A DNA stretch of 64,000 nt from Flavobacteriales bacterium (lineage in GTDB: Bacteria; Bacteroidota; Bacteroidia; Flavobacteriales_F; PHOS-HE28): contig JADJQW010000002.1 of the NCBI GenBank assembly GCA_016712535.1, positions 852,458 through 916,457 on the forward strand, in the 5' to 3' direction. Every line of letters starts with the position of its first letter. Position 1 is the first letter of the stretch. Positions 1 to 9,568 of this stretch are shown one piece after another. Position numbers and translations under genes: made by a program. The notes below the pieces were generated by a model. The model was not told where the DNA came from, searched no databases, and saw only the letters and a program-made list of their open reading frames with translations.

Positions 1-934
1 GCTGGCACACCACGGTGCGGAAGCGTGGGGCGTATCCGACCCACGCGCCCAGGCCACCGTCGATGTTGCTGCGGATATTCGAGGGGTTGCTGAACACATC
101 ACCCTGCGAGGAGGCGTTGTTGGCGAAGGAGTTGAAGAACCGGAACTCGTTCAGGCCGATGCTCGAGAACTTGACAACAACGGTATCGCCGCGCTTGAAA
201 TAGCCTCGCTCCTCGTTGATGTCGTCCTCTGCCTGGCTGTACGGTTCATTGCCGCGGTTGTAGTTGAAGTCGAGGGTGAGGCCGTCGATGTATCGGTCCT
301 CGAAAACGCCGAAGAATGGCGAGATGAAGCGCGAATCCTTCGGTTGGCCATCGGCACCAAGGTTGATGCGGCGGGCGAACCACCGATAGGCATTGCCTGC
401 GGTATCGGGGTCGCTCAGGCGAGCCCAAAGGAAGCCGAGCGAATCATCGGCATTCGGGGAAGGATCGTCCAGTTTGAACCAAGCGCTATCAAGGGCAACG
501 CCATGCGGGATGGTGGTCACGCTCGTGAGCGTCTTTCCTTCGGTTTCCACGCGCAGGCTGTAGGTGCGGCCCTCTTCACCCAGCAATTCGTTGTTCAGGA
601 AGGTCCATGCGCAGATCCGCGCAGCGCGCAGCAGGTCGGCGCTCACGCCGGTCTGCGCGGCCACCTCATCGATGAGCGAGTCGGGGATCAGGTCGCTGCA
701 GAGCCGCGTGAGGGTGTAGGTGCTGTCGCCGTCGTTCACGGTGACCACGGCATCGCTGATGTAGGTGCCTGCGATGCTGGCCACGCTGGTGGGAGCGAAG
801 AAGCTCTGGGTGCGCGTGAGGAAGACGATGGGGGCTTGTCCCGTTTCGATGTTGCCTTCCACCACCACCTTCGATTCGGTCTCCGGAAGGTCCACGTTGA
901 TCTCTTTGTCGCAGCCCGCAAGGAGCAGGCCCAT
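1..934 (-). CDS. DUF4249-like lipoprotein, 5' portion only (gene continues past window start)
   Basis: Minus-strand reading frame open from an ATG near 934 to the window edge. Translation begins MGLLLAGCDKEINVDLPETESKVVVEG (lipoprotein signal plus the conserved DUF4249 N-terminal block) and continues without stops for about 310 aa. It lies immediately downstream of a TonB-dependent receptor, the usual partner of DUF4249. Not in the ORF track because it runs off the edge. Confidence 0.5.
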   Translation of the reverse strand, partial: MGLLLAGCDKEINVDLPETESKVVVEGNIETGQAPIVFLTRTQSFFAPTSVASIAGTYISDAVVTVNDGDSTYTLTRLCSDLIPDSLIDEVAAQTGVSADLLRAARICAWTFLNNELLGEEGRTYSLRVETEGKTLTSVTTIPHGVALDSAWFKLDDPSPNADDSLGFLWARLSDPDTAGNAYRWFARRINLGADGQPKDSRFISPFFGVFEDRYIDGLTLDFNYNRGNEPYSQAEDDINEERGYFKRGDTVVVKFSSIGLNEFRFFNSFANNASSQGDVFSNPSNIRSNIDGGLGAWVGYAPRFRTVVCQ

Positions 935-963
935 CGCTGCGATTAGGAGCGATGGCCTGGCGC

Positions 964-3372
964 TCAGAATTTGAAGTTCCATGTGATGGAGGGGAGTATG
1001 GAGAAGAGCGACACTTGCTTGGCCACCACCTGGAAGCTGCCATCGCTGGGGTTGCCTGCGGTGTCGAAGTAGATGAAGTAGGGGTTCTGCCGGTTGTAAG
1101 CGTTGTACACGCCGAAGTTCCAGCTGCTCACGAGTTTCTTGGGCACCACCTTGGTCTCGCCCGTTGCGGGGTCCTTCACCTCGCGCGTCTCTCGGCCGTT
1201 GAGGGTGGCGCTGAGATCAAGGCGGTGGAAGGGGGCCATGCGGTAGCCGTTGCGCTCGGTGTACTCGCTTACGAGCTGGCCTTCCACGAAGTAGCGGTTC
1301 ACGGGGATCGTCACGGCTTGGCCCGTGGCGTAAACGAAGGCGCCGCCGAAGGTCCAGCGCTTGTTGTGCTCGTAGGTGGCCACGATGCTCAGGTCGTGCC
1401 GGCGGTCCCAGCGGCTGGGGAACTCATCGCCGTTGTTGATGTCCGGGAAGCTGCGCATGGTGCGGCTCCAGGTGTAGCCCAGCCAGCCGGTGAGCTTGCC
1501 GGTGCGCTTCTTCACGAAGAGCTCAGCACCGTAGCTGTAGCCGTTGCCGAAGACCAGCTGCTGGTCGTAATTGGTGTTGCCGTTGTCCTGAGGGCTTGCG
1601 CCATCGGCGTACTCGATCAGGTTCTTGAAATCCTTGTAATAGCCCTCCACGGAGGCCTCGATCAGGTCATCGAGGAAATTGCGGAAGTAGCCGGCCGCGT
1701 ATTGGGTGCCGATCTGCGGTTTCACGCGCGTGCTGCTGGGTATCCACACATCGGTGGGCAGTGCGGTGCTGCTGAAGCTGGCCAGGTGAACGTATTGCTG
1801 GCCTTGGTTGAAGGAGGCCTTGATGCTGCTGGTGCGGCCGGTGCGGTAGCGCAGGCTGATGCGCGGCTCCAGGGCCTGGTAGGTATGGATGGGGGCGCCC
1901 GGCGCGATCTCTTCCTTGCCGACCGAACGGCCGCGCTCGTCAACGATGTAGCGGGTGTAGGGCCCCACGTGATCGAATCGGCTGAAGCGGAGGCCCAGAT
2001 TGATGCGCAGCGCGTCGGTGAGGTCGATCTCATCGAGGGCGTACACGGCGCTCTCATGCGCGTGCAGCTTGGGCGGCGTATCGATGTTGAACTGCGTTTC
2101 GCCGCTGCTCACATCCACCGTGCTGGTGGTGTAAACGTGATAGATGTACTGCGCGCCGTACTTGAGGCGGTGCCTCCCGTTGGGGTAGTGGCCCAGATCG
2201 GCCTTCAGGCCGTAGTCCTTGATGCCGCTGAAGAGCTTGAAGCGGAATTGGTCCTGTGCGGCGTCGAAGAGGAAGCTGTAGTCGCTGAAGGTGGCCGTGG
2301 TGTTCAGGAAGAGCTTGGGGCCGAAGACGTGGTTCCAGCGGGCGCTCAGGGTGCTGTTGCCCCAAGGGATCCGGATGCCGGGACCGCCCGATCCGCCGCG
2401 CTGCAAGGAGAACACATCGCGCCCGAAATAGCCGCTCACGAACAATCGATCCTTGTCGCTGAAGGTGTAGTTGGCCTTGGCGTTGAGGTCGTAGAAGTAG
2501 TAGCCGCTGCCCCCGAAGGGGCTGCTCTCGTTGATGAAGGGCTTGGTGAGCACATCGATGTAGGTGCGGCGACCGCTCACGATGAACGAGGCCTTGTCCT
2601 TCACGATGGGGCCTTCGATGGTGAGTCGGCTGGCGATCAGGCCGATGCCGCCCTGCGCCTGGAATCGCTTCTCATTGCCCTCCTTCATGTTGATGTCGAG
2701 CACCGAGGAGATCCGCCCGCCGTAGTTGGCGGGCATGCCGCCCTTGATCAGCTCGATGTTCTTCACCGCATCGGCATTGAACACGCTGAAGAAGCCGAAC
2801 AGATGGCTGGCATTGTACACCGTGGCATTATCGAGCAGGATCAGGTTCTGGTCCGGTCCGCCGCCGCGCACATAGAAGCCGCTGTTTCCTTCGCCGTTGT
2901 TCTGAACGCCGGGCAGGAACTGGATCGTCTTCAGGATGTCCACTTCGCCGAGAAGGGCCGGCAGGGTCTGCAGGCGCTGCACGTCGAGGTCAACGGTGCC
3001 CATCCGCGTATCCTCGGTGTTCTCCTGCTTGCGCTCGCCCACGATCTCCACTTCCTGGGCGAGGATGGCCTTCGGTCGCGCCTCGATGTTCAGCTTGAGG
3101 TCGGCGCTGAGCGTCACGTTCCTGGTGAAGTCCTCGTACCCGATGTAGCTCATGGCCACGGTATGCGTGCCGGGTTCCACATTGAGCACATAGTAGCCAT
3201 ACACGTTGGTAGCCGCGCCGCGCATGGTCTCCTTGAGGTACACGTTAGCGCCGATCAGCGCCTCTCCGCTGGTGGCATCCTTCACGTAGCCACTGATGGT
3301 GACCTGTTTCTGGGCGCTGATGAAGAAGGGGAGAAGAAGGGCATAGCCCGCAAGGAGTTGGCGCAGCGTCAT
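964..3372 (-). CDS. TonB-dependent outer-membrane receptor with N-terminal carboxypeptidase-regulatory-like domain
   Basis: ORF 964..3450 minus. Likely start is Met27 (MTLRQLLAGYALLLPFFISAQ signal peptide). The CarboxypepD_reg block YVKDATSGEALIGANVYL, a plug region and a C-terminal beta-barrel ending ITWNFKF (aromatic terminal residue) are all present. Confidence 0.85.
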   Translation of the reverse strand: MTLRQLLAGYALLLPFFISAQKQVTISGYVKDATSGEALIGANVYLKETMRGAATNVYGYYVLNVEPGTHTVAMSYIGYEDFTRNVTLSADLKLNIEARPKAILAQEVEIVGERKQENTEDTRMGTVDLDVQRLQTLPALLGEVDILKTIQFLPGVQNNGEGNSGFYVRGGGPDQNLILLDNATVYNASHLFGFFSVFNADAVKNIELIKGGMPANYGGRISSVLDINMKEGNEKRFQAQGGIGLIASRLTIEGPIVKDKASFIVSGRRTYIDVLTKPFINESSPFGGSGYYFYDLNAKANYTFSDKDRLFVSGYFGRDVFSLQRGGSGGPGIRIPWGNSTLSARWNHVFGPKLFLNTTATFSDYSFLFDAAQDQFRFKLFSGIKDYGLKADLGHYPNGRHRLKYGAQYIYHVYTTSTVDVSSGETQFNIDTPPKLHAHESAVYALDEIDLTDALRINLGLRFSRFDHVGPYTRYIVDERGRSVGKEEIAPGAPIHTYQALEPRISLRYRTGRTSSIKASFNQGQQYVHLASFSSTALPTDVWIPSSTRVKPQIGTQYAAGYFRNFLDDLIEASVEGYYKDFKNLIEYADGASPQDNGNTNYDQQLVFGNGYSYGAELFVKKRTGKLTGWLGYTWSRTMRSFPDINNGDEFPSRWDRRHDLSIVATYEHNKRWTFGGAFVYATGQAVTIPVNRYFVEGQLVSEYTERNGYRMAPFHRLDLSATLNGRETREVKDPATGETKVVPKKLVSSWNFGVYNAYNRQNPYFIYFDTAGNPSDGSFQVVAKQVSLFSILPSITWNFKF

Positions 3373-3545
3373 GATCGGGGCGGCAAAACTACCTGCGATG
3401 GATGGGCGCTTCCACCCATTGGTCCCAAGCGGTTGCCGCCCGTCAAACACGATTCACACGGACTTGTTCGCATTGAACAGAGACTTTACCTGCGCTTAGC
3501 GCAGCAGCACCGGAGCGCCTCTCACATTCGCCCGCACCTCCTGCC

Positions 3546-3650
3546 ATGGAACGATTAACCCCGATGCGGCGCAACGGCCATGGCTTCCTGACGCTTGCCG
3601 TGTACCTGCTCCTGGCGCTGGTGGCCATCAGCATCAGCCTGGCGGGGTGA
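3546..3650 (+). CDS. possible 34-aa single-pass membrane peptide (MERLTPMRRNGHGFLTLAVYLLLALVAISISLAG)
   Basis: ATG-initiated small ORF in the 345-bp gap between the TonB receptor start and the tRNA. Basic N-terminus followed by a 20-residue hydrophobic helix. No homology is claimed. Confidence 0.15.
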   Translation: MERLTPMRRNGHGFLTLAVYLLLALVAISISLAG

Positions 3651-3716
3651 AGAGCTGCTTGAGCGATGTGCCATGTCCTTGCGGGCTGAGGTGCTTTGCT
3701 ACATTCGCGCCCTCTT

Positions 3717-3790
3717 CGGGGTGTAGCGCAGCCCGGTAGCGCACTTGCATGGGGTGCAAGTGGTCGCTGGTTCGAATCCAGTCACCCCGA
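3717..3790 (+). tRNA. tRNA-Pro (anticodon GGG)
   Basis: Cloverleaf folds by hand. Acceptor stem CGGGGTG/CACCCCG with discriminator A; D-stem GCGC/GCGC; anticodon stem CTTGC/GCAAG with loop ATGGGGT (U33, GGG, G37); T-arm GCTGG-TTCGAAT-CCAGT. CCA is not encoded. Confidence 0.85.
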
Positions 3791-3799
3791 CTGGTCGAA

Positions 3800-3826
3800 A
3801 GGCCCCCGGAATCGCCGGGGGCCTTC
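3800..3826 (+). terminator. hairpin terminator after tRNA-Pro
   Basis: AAGGCCCCCGG-AATCG-CCGGGGGCCTT: an 11-bp perfect stem directly downstream of the tRNA, followed by CACATTTG. Confidence 0.5.
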
Positions 3827-3870
3827 ACATTTGCCTCTCCGTTTCCGCCTCTTCAATTCGCCCAAGCCGT

Positions 3871-5757
3871 ATGCGCTCACTCACCTTCGCGCCCGCCGCA
3901 GCCCTGCTCTTCATCATGGCCGGATGTTCCCATGAGCCGGAGCCGAAGGATAATCAGCCCATCTTCACCATGGACCCCCACAGCCACGCCCGTCCGCAGG
4001 AGGCGCGCATCACGCACCTATCGCTCGACCTGGAGGTTGACATGGAGGCGGAGCAAGTGAGCGGCACTGCCCGGTACGACATTGCAATGGCCAAGGACGC
4101 GGAGCGGATCGTATTCGACACGGATGGCCTCGACATTGAACGCGTGACCTTGGATGATGGCGAAGAGACCGCTTACAGCCTTGGAGATACGAGCTTCCTG
4201 GGACGAGCGCTGACGGTGACGTTGGCGCCCGGCACGCGGTCGGTCACCATCGCCTACCGCACCGGGCCCGGTGCGCGTGCGCTGCAATGGCTCAAGCCGC
4301 AGCAGACTTCCGGTAAACGGCACCCGTTCCTCTTCACGCAAGGACAGGCCATCCTCACCCGCACCTGGATCCCGATCCAGGACAGTCCTGGCATACGCTT
4401 CACCTACGAAGCCAGCATGCGGGTGCCGAAGGGCCTCATGGCCGTGATGAGCGCCGAGAATCCCACGGAGGTGAACGCCGATGGCGCGTACGCTTTCAGG
4501 ATGGAACAGCCCATCCCCGCCTACCTTATCGCCTTGGCCGTGGGCGACCTGGCCTTCGTGCCCGTTGGCGAGCGCACCGGGGTTTACGCCGAGCCGGACC
4601 TGGTGCAGAAGGCCGCGTGGGAATTCGCCGACATGGAGAGGATGCTCACCACCGCCGAGGCGCTATACGGCGATTATCGCTGGGGCCGCTACGATGTGAT
4701 CGTGCTGCCGCCCAGCTTCCCTTTCGGTGGCATGGAGAACCCGCGGCTCACCTTCGCCACGCCCACGATCCTGGCTGGCGATCGCTCGCTCACCGCATTG
4801 GTCGCGCATGAACTCGCGCACAGCTGGAGCGGCAATCTGGTGACCAACGCCACCTGGAACGACTTCTGGCTGAACGAGGGCTTCACCGTCTATTTCGAGA
4901 ACCGCATCTGTGAAGCCGTTTATGGTGACGAGTACGCACGCATGCTGCAATTGCTCGGCCGCCAGGACCTGCACGCCACCATCGCCAAGCTTGAGGGCAA
5001 GGGCCAGCATGCCGATACGCATCTGCGCTTGCACCTCGAGGGCCGCGACCCTGACGAAGGCATGAACGATGTGGCCTACGAGAAAGGATTCGCTTTGCTG
5101 AAGCTCCTGGAAGAGAAGGCAGGTCGCGCCAAGTTCGACGCCTTCCTGCGCGGTTACTTCGATGCGCATGCATTCCGCAGCATGACCACCGACGACTTCG
5201 TGGCCTATCTGGACGATCACCTGCTGAAGCCCGAAGGCATTGAGCTGAACGTTGCTGAGTGGATCGATGGCGCGGGTTTGCCGGACAACGCCATTGAGCC
5301 GCAGAGCGACAGCTTCGCGAAGGTGGAGGCGGAGATCGCGCGTTGGGCCTCCGGCACGGCCGCCGAACAGATCGATGTGCAAGGCTGGACCACCTTTCAT
5401 TGGATGCACTTCCTGCGCCACTTGCCAGAGGGCCTCGACAGCGAGAAGATGAAGGAGCTTGACGAGGCCTTCGCTTTCACGGCCAACGGCAATGCTGAAG
5501 TGCTCAGCGCCTGGCTCGAGCTCTGCATACGCAACGATTTCGATCCCGCCTTCGACCGCCTCGATCAGTTCCTCACCACGGTGGGCCGCAGGAAATTCCT
5601 CTTGCCGCTTTACGCGGAGCTGAACAAGAGCGAGAAGGGCCGCCTGATGGCGCACACCATCTACACCGCAGCGCGCGGCAACTACCATAGCGTTAGCGTG
5701 CGCAGCCTCGATGAGCTGTTGGCGTGGAAGGAGAATCGCCCGGCAGCGAAATTCTAG
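3871..5757 (+). CDS. M1-family zinc aminopeptidase (leukotriene A4 hydrolase/cold-active aminopeptidase-like), lipoprotein
   Basis: ORF 3745..5757 starts on TTG; the first ATG gives MRSLTFAPAAALLFIMAGCS (lipobox). Zinc motif HELAHSWSGN...NEGFTVY and the GAMEN-like block GGMENP are present. Confidence 0.85.
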   Translation: MRSLTFAPAAALLFIMAGCSHEPEPKDNQPIFTMDPHSHARPQEARITHLSLDLEVDMEAEQVSGTARYDIAMAKDAERIVFDTDGLDIERVTLDDGEETAYSLGDTSFLGRALTVTLAPGTRSVTIAYRTGPGARALQWLKPQQTSGKRHPFLFTQGQAILTRTWIPIQDSPGIRFTYEASMRVPKGLMAVMSAENPTEVNADGAYAFRMEQPIPAYLIALAVGDLAFVPVGERTGVYAEPDLVQKAAWEFADMERMLTTAEALYGDYRWGRYDVIVLPPSFPFGGMENPRLTFATPTILAGDRSLTALVAHELAHSWSGNLVTNATWNDFWLNEGFTVYFENRICEAVYGDEYARMLQLLGRQDLHATIAKLEGKGQHADTHLRLHLEGRDPDEGMNDVAYEKGFALLKLLEEKAGRAKFDAFLRGYFDAHAFRSMTTDDFVAYLDDHLLKPEGIELNVAEWIDGAGLPDNAIEPQSDSFAKVEAEIARWASGTAAEQIDVQGWTTFHWMHFLRHLPEGLDSEKMKELDEAFAFTANGNAEVLSAWLELCIRNDFDPAFDRLDQFLTTVGRRKFLLPLYAELNKSEKGRLMAHTIYTAARGNYHSVSVRSLDELLAWKENRPAAKF

Positions 5758-5775
5758 CAATGCCCGAAAGCGAAA

Positions 5776-5800
5776 AGCCCCGGATCATCCGGGGCTTCTT
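5776..5800. terminator. bidirectional hairpin between convergent genes
   Basis: AAGCCCCGG-ATCAT-CCGGGGCTT between the aminopeptidase stop (5757, +) and the thioredoxin-like gene stop (5818, -). On the minus strand the stem is followed by TTTTCGCTTTCG. Confidence 0.55.
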
Positions 5801-5817
5801 GCGGCATCATCGATCAC

Positions 5818-6630
5818 TCAGCGGCTGATCGCGACGCGGCTGATGCCTGAGCTGCCATCGGCACCTGTGACGCGCACCAGGTATTGGCCATCGGCCAGTC
5901 CCGAGAGATCGAGCAAGGACTGGCTCGTGCCCATCATTCGAACGGAATGCACCTTGCGGCCGGCGGCATCGGTGACTTCGGCCTGCGCTCCGCCTTGCAG
6001 ATTACCGGGAAGCGAGAGTGTCAGGATTCCCGTGCTCGGCACCGGGTATGCGCTGAACGAGGCCAACGCGCCTTGTTCACCGATTCCCACGAGGCAGCTG
6101 GTCGGGGTGATGCTGCTGCCAGCGGGAAAGGCCTGCACGAAGGTGTTCATGTCCGCGAGCGGCCAGATGTCCTGGTTCTTCATCAGGTTATCAGGCCCGA
6201 TGAGGCAATAAGTCGGATAGGCATTCACGCCGAAGGCATTGTCAACGGGGGTGCAGCCGCCTTCGATGCCGATGGCTGGCGGATGTGACCATGGTCCGCC
6301 ATAGGTGGACTCATACGCATCCACCTCCGCGTTCGTGTCCGTGCCGTTGTTCATGGCGATGCAGATGATGTCGCCTGCATTGCAGCCATAGGTCTCGTGG
6401 AGCTGGCTGAAGTAATGCGAGGTGGCTTGGCAGGGCCCGCAGGTATCGAAGAAGAAGTCAAGGATCACGTGCTTGCCCTGCGAGGTGTAGCTGTAGAGGT
6501 TATGCACGTTGCCATGGGTATCGGTGACCGTGAAGTCGGCGACCAAACTGCCGTTCGGATAATTGGTGGCCTGACCGATTGCCGATGCGCCGAATGCGAT
6601 GGAAGCAGCCGCGAATAGAAGGTATCTCAT
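5818..6630 (-). CDS. thioredoxin-fold (AhpC/TSA-redoxin-like) protein with T9SS C-terminal sorting domain
   Basis: ORF 5818..7035. Real start at Met136 (MRYLLFAAASIAFGASAIGQ signal). Redox motif FDTCGPCQ. C-terminal 80 aa (…GILTLSLPGN…GQYLVRVTGADG…) resembles a T9SS type-A CTD. Confidence 0.7.
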   Translation of the reverse strand: MRYLLFAAASIAFGASAIGQATNYPNGSLVADFTVTDTHGNVHNLYSYTSQGKHVILDFFFDTCGPCQATSHYFSQLHETYGCNAGDIICIAMNNGTDTNAEVDAYESTYGGPWSHPPAIGIEGGCTPVDNAFGVNAYPTYCLIGPDNLMKNQDIWPLADMNTFVQAFPAGSSITPTSCLVGIGEQGALASFSAYPVPSTGILTLSLPGNLQGGAQAEVTDAAGRKVHSVRMMGTSQSLLDLSGLADGQYLVRVTGADGSSGISRVAISR

Positions 6631-6724
6631 GCGTGTCGGGTTTGAAGGTTCGACCGTGAAGCTAACCGGATGCTCGCTTGGCGATGTGAACCTGTGACGC
6701 CCTGTTCGCAGCACGGTTGAAAGG

Positions 6725-7369
6725 CTAATCGCCTTGGATGAGCCGACCCAGCAGTACGGGCTCCAGCGCATGCCCGCCTGCGAAGCGATGCGTGCGATGC
6801 GGCACTTCCGCTTGCTGCAGGCGCAGGGCCTGGGCCTCCAATTCCTTCGTGCCGGCGTACTCATCGCGATCACCGAGCACCAGATCAACGGGCATATGGC
6901 GCCATCTCGAAAGCGCTTCGCGGTCCAATTCCGGCGGCAGCGAGCCTGCCCATAGCACTGCGCGCCGGATCGGTGTGGAGCTTCGGATCGCCCAGCGCGC
7001 CGCTGTGGGCACCCCTTGCGAGAAGCCGAGCACATTCAATCGCGCTCCGGGCATGGCCTGTCGGAGAAGTTCAGCGCACAGGGCATCGAGGTAGCCCACA
7101 TGGTCATCGATCTCGTGCAGCCGGTCCTCACGGGTCATCCACGTCGCACCCACCCGCGAATGCTCGGCATCGAGGTAGAAGCGGCTCAATCCTTCCGGCG
7201 CGATGATGCAGCGCTCCTCTTCAAGTCCTTTGAAATTGTTGAGGAAGTAGCGTGCCAATTGGCCGTAGCCATGGATCACGATCCAGAGTTCGGGTGATGC
7301 CACCAAGGTGCCCAGCACATGGTAGCGCGCTGTGCGCTGCACGCGGATGAAGCGCTCGTCCACGGTCAA
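6725..7369 (-). CDS. alpha/beta hydrolase (phospholipase/carboxylesterase family)
   Basis: 214 aa. GFSQG nucleophile-elbow motif and HGYGQ block. Overlaps the upstream E1 gene by 4 nt. Confidence 0.7.
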   Translation of the reverse strand: MTVDERFIRVQRTARYHVLGTLVASPELWIVIHGYGQLARYFLNNFKGLEEERCIIAPEGLSRFYLDAEHSRVGATWMTREDRLHEIDDHVGYLDALCAELLRQAMPGARLNVLGFSQGVPTAARWAIRSSTPIRRAVLWAGSLPPELDREALSRWRHMPVDLVLGDRDEYAGTKELEAQALRLQQAEVPHRTHRFAGGHALEPVLLGRLIQGD

Positions 7370-9480
7370 TAGGCGAGGAGGTCCTTCAGCGCCCCTGCGA
7401 CTTTCTCCGCGCTCGGGATCATCGCCGCCTCGAGCGTGCTGTTGAGCGGGATCGCCGGCATGTCAACTGAGCCGAGCGTGCGCACCGGCGCATCGAGCAG
7501 CTCGAAGCACGCATCGCCGATGCGCGATGCTAAGGCTTGCGCGAAGGAATTGGTGAGCTGCTCCTCGGTGACCACGATGCAGCGCCCATGCCTTCGCACC
7601 GCATCCATCACGGTCTCCTCGTCCACAGGAACCAAGGTGCGCAGGTCGATGATGGTGACGCGACCCGGGAAATCCTTCGCGGCGGCCTTGGCCCAATACA
7701 CGCCCATGCCATAGGTGACGATCACCGCCGCTTCGCCCTTGGCCACCGCATCGGCTTCGGCCTCCAGCACCAAGCGCGCCTTGCCGAAGGGGATGATGTA
7801 ATCAGCGCTGGGCTCAACGGTCTTCGCTTCCTCGGTGCCTTTGATCTTGCTCCAGTAGAGGCCCTTGTGCTCCAGCATCACCACGGGATTAGGGTCGTGG
7901 TAGGCGGCCTTCATCAGCCCTTTCAGGTCGGCGCCGGTGCTGGGGTAGGCCACCTTGATGCCCTTGATGTTGCAGAGCACGCTCTCCACGCTGCTGCTAT
8001 GGTAGGGGCCGCCGCTGCCGTAGGCGCCGATCGGCACGCGCAGGATGCAGCTCACCGGCCACTTGCCCACGGTGAGGTAGCACGAGCGCGCCACCTCGGT
8101 GAAGAGCTGGTTGAGCGCTGGCCAGATGTAATCGGCGAACTGGACCTCGACGATCGGCTTCAAGCCAGCGGCGCTCATGCCTACGGTGCTGCCGATGATG
8201 AAGGCCTCCTGGATCGGCGTGTTGAACACGCGGTGCCCGCCGAAATCGCGCGCGAGCGTTGCCGCCTCACGGAACACGCCGCCGAGGCGCGCACCCACGT
8301 CCTGTCCATAGAGCAAACAGCGTGGATCCTCCTGCATCAGCTCGCGGATGGCGAAGAGCGCGCTGTCCACCATCACCGTGGGTTGACGGTCCTTCGGCGC
8401 GCGATCGCCTCTCTCTTCGGTTACTGGCGTAGGAGCGAAGGCATGCGTGGTGAGGTCCTCTGGCGCGGGGTCATCTGCGGCGCGGGCGCGCTCGAAGTCG
8501 GCCTTCACCCGGGCGATGGCTTTCTGCTCGATCTGCTTGAGGCCATCGAGTTGCAGGCGATTGTCGAGGCATTGCTGGAAGAAGCGCGGGAAGGGGTCGC
8601 GCTTGCGGTGCTCGGCCAGGTTCTCCTCGCTGCGGTAGAACTCCATGCGAACCCCGCTGGTGTGGTGGTTGAGCAGCGGCACCTTGGCATGCACCAGGAA
8701 CGGACGGCGCTCCTTGCGCACGAGGCCGATCACTTCATTCAGCGTGCCGTAGCTCGCGATGAAGTCGGCGCCATCAACCTTGCGAACCTCGAGGCCGGGG
8801 AAGCCCTTCGCGTATTCGCTCGCATCGGCTACGCGGATCTCGTCGGCGCTGGCGCTGATGTCCCACTCGTTGTCCTGCACCAGGTAGATGATGGGCAGTT
8901 TCTTCAGCACGGCCATCTGGAAGGCCTCGGCCACCTCGCCCTCGGTCACGGAAGCATCACCGAGCGAGCACACCACCACTGGCGCGTCCTGATCGCTGCT
9001 TCCATTGAAGTCGTGCACGATGCCCGCCTGTTCCTTGTACCAGAGGCCGAGCGCGATGCCGGTGGTGGGTATCGCCTGCATGCCGGTTGCGCTGCTCTGG
9101 TGGGGGATGCGCGGCATGCCCGTGCGGCGCAGGCTGGGATGGCCGTAATAGGTACGGCCGCCGCTGAAGGGGTCGTCGCGCTTGGCCAGCAATTGCAGCA
9201 TCAGCTCATAAGGCTCCATGCCGATGGCCAGCAGGATGCTGTCATCCCGGTAGTACGGCGCTACGAAGTCCTGTGCCTTCAGCTGCATGCCCAGCGCGAG
9301 CTGTATCGCCTCATGGCCCCGGCTGGTGGCATGCACGTACTTGCTCGTGAGCTTGAAGTGCTCCTCATAGAGCTCGGTCATGGCCTTGGCCGTGCACATC
9401 AGGTCCCAGGCGCGGAGCAGGGTGTCCTGGTCCGGCGCTACGCCAGACTTCGAAAGTCTCTTGGTGGCGGTGAAGGCCAT
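7366..9480 (-). CDS. 2-oxo acid dehydrogenase E1 component, fused alpha+beta subunits (TPP-dependent)
   Basis: ORF 7366..9570. Start at Met31 (MAFTATKRL). The N-terminal half has the E1-alpha TPP-binding region (GDASVTEGE…YLVQDNEW). The C-terminal half has the E1-beta transketolase-like region (FNTPIQEAFIIGSTVGMS…). About 704 aa. Confidence 0.85.
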   Translation of the reverse strand: MAFTATKRLSKSGVAPDQDTLLRAWDLMCTAKAMTELYEEHFKLTSKYVHATSRGHEAIQLALGMQLKAQDFVAPYYRDDSILLAIGMEPYELMLQLLAKRDDPFSGGRTYYGHPSLRRTGMPRIPHQSSATGMQAIPTTGIALGLWYKEQAGIVHDFNGSSDQDAPVVVCSLGDASVTEGEVAEAFQMAVLKKLPIIYLVQDNEWDISASADEIRVADASEYAKGFPGLEVRKVDGADFIASYGTLNEVIGLVRKERRPFLVHAKVPLLNHHTSGVRMEFYRSEENLAEHRKRDPFPRFFQQCLDNRLQLDGLKQIEQKAIARVKADFERARAADDPAPEDLTTHAFAPTPVTEERGDRAPKDRQPTVMVDSALFAIRELMQEDPRCLLYGQDVGARLGGVFREAATLARDFGGHRVFNTPIQEAFIIGSTVGMSAAGLKPIVEVQFADYIWPALNQLFTEVARSCYLTVGKWPVSCILRVPIGAYGSGGPYHSSSVESVLCNIKGIKVAYPSTGADLKGLMKAAYHDPNPVVMLEHKGLYWSKIKGTEEAKTVEPSADYIIPFGKARLVLEAEADAVAKGEAAVIVTYGMGVYWAKAAAKDFPGRVTIIDLRTLVPVDEETVMDAVRRHGRCIVVTEEQLTNSFAQALASRIGDACFELLDAPVRTLGSVDMPAIPLNSTLEAAMIPSAEKVAGALKDLLAY

Positions 9481-9568
9481 AGTGGTGCGTGAGCGGCTAA
9501 GGTAGAGGATGGCTGGTGCAGCTTCGGGATTTCGCCGCGATAGCTTCGCCCCATCATTCCGTAATCCC

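Noticed and set aside
344-946. 200-aa plus-strand ORF, plus several short ORFs, across 1-950
   Set aside because: Low-complexity, Ala/Gly/Arg-rich translation, typical of antisense frames in high-GC DNA. The opposite strand encodes a convincing DUF4249-like lipoprotein.
3373-3545. possible riboswitch (e.g. cobalamin) upstream of the TonB-dependent receptor
   Set aside because: No B12-box (GCCACTG-like) or other recognisable riboswitch core was found on the coding-strand orientation.
952-3558. 868-aa plus-strand ORF
   Set aside because: Antisense shadow of the TonB-dependent receptor gene. The translation has no recognisable domains and an extreme A/G/V/L composition.
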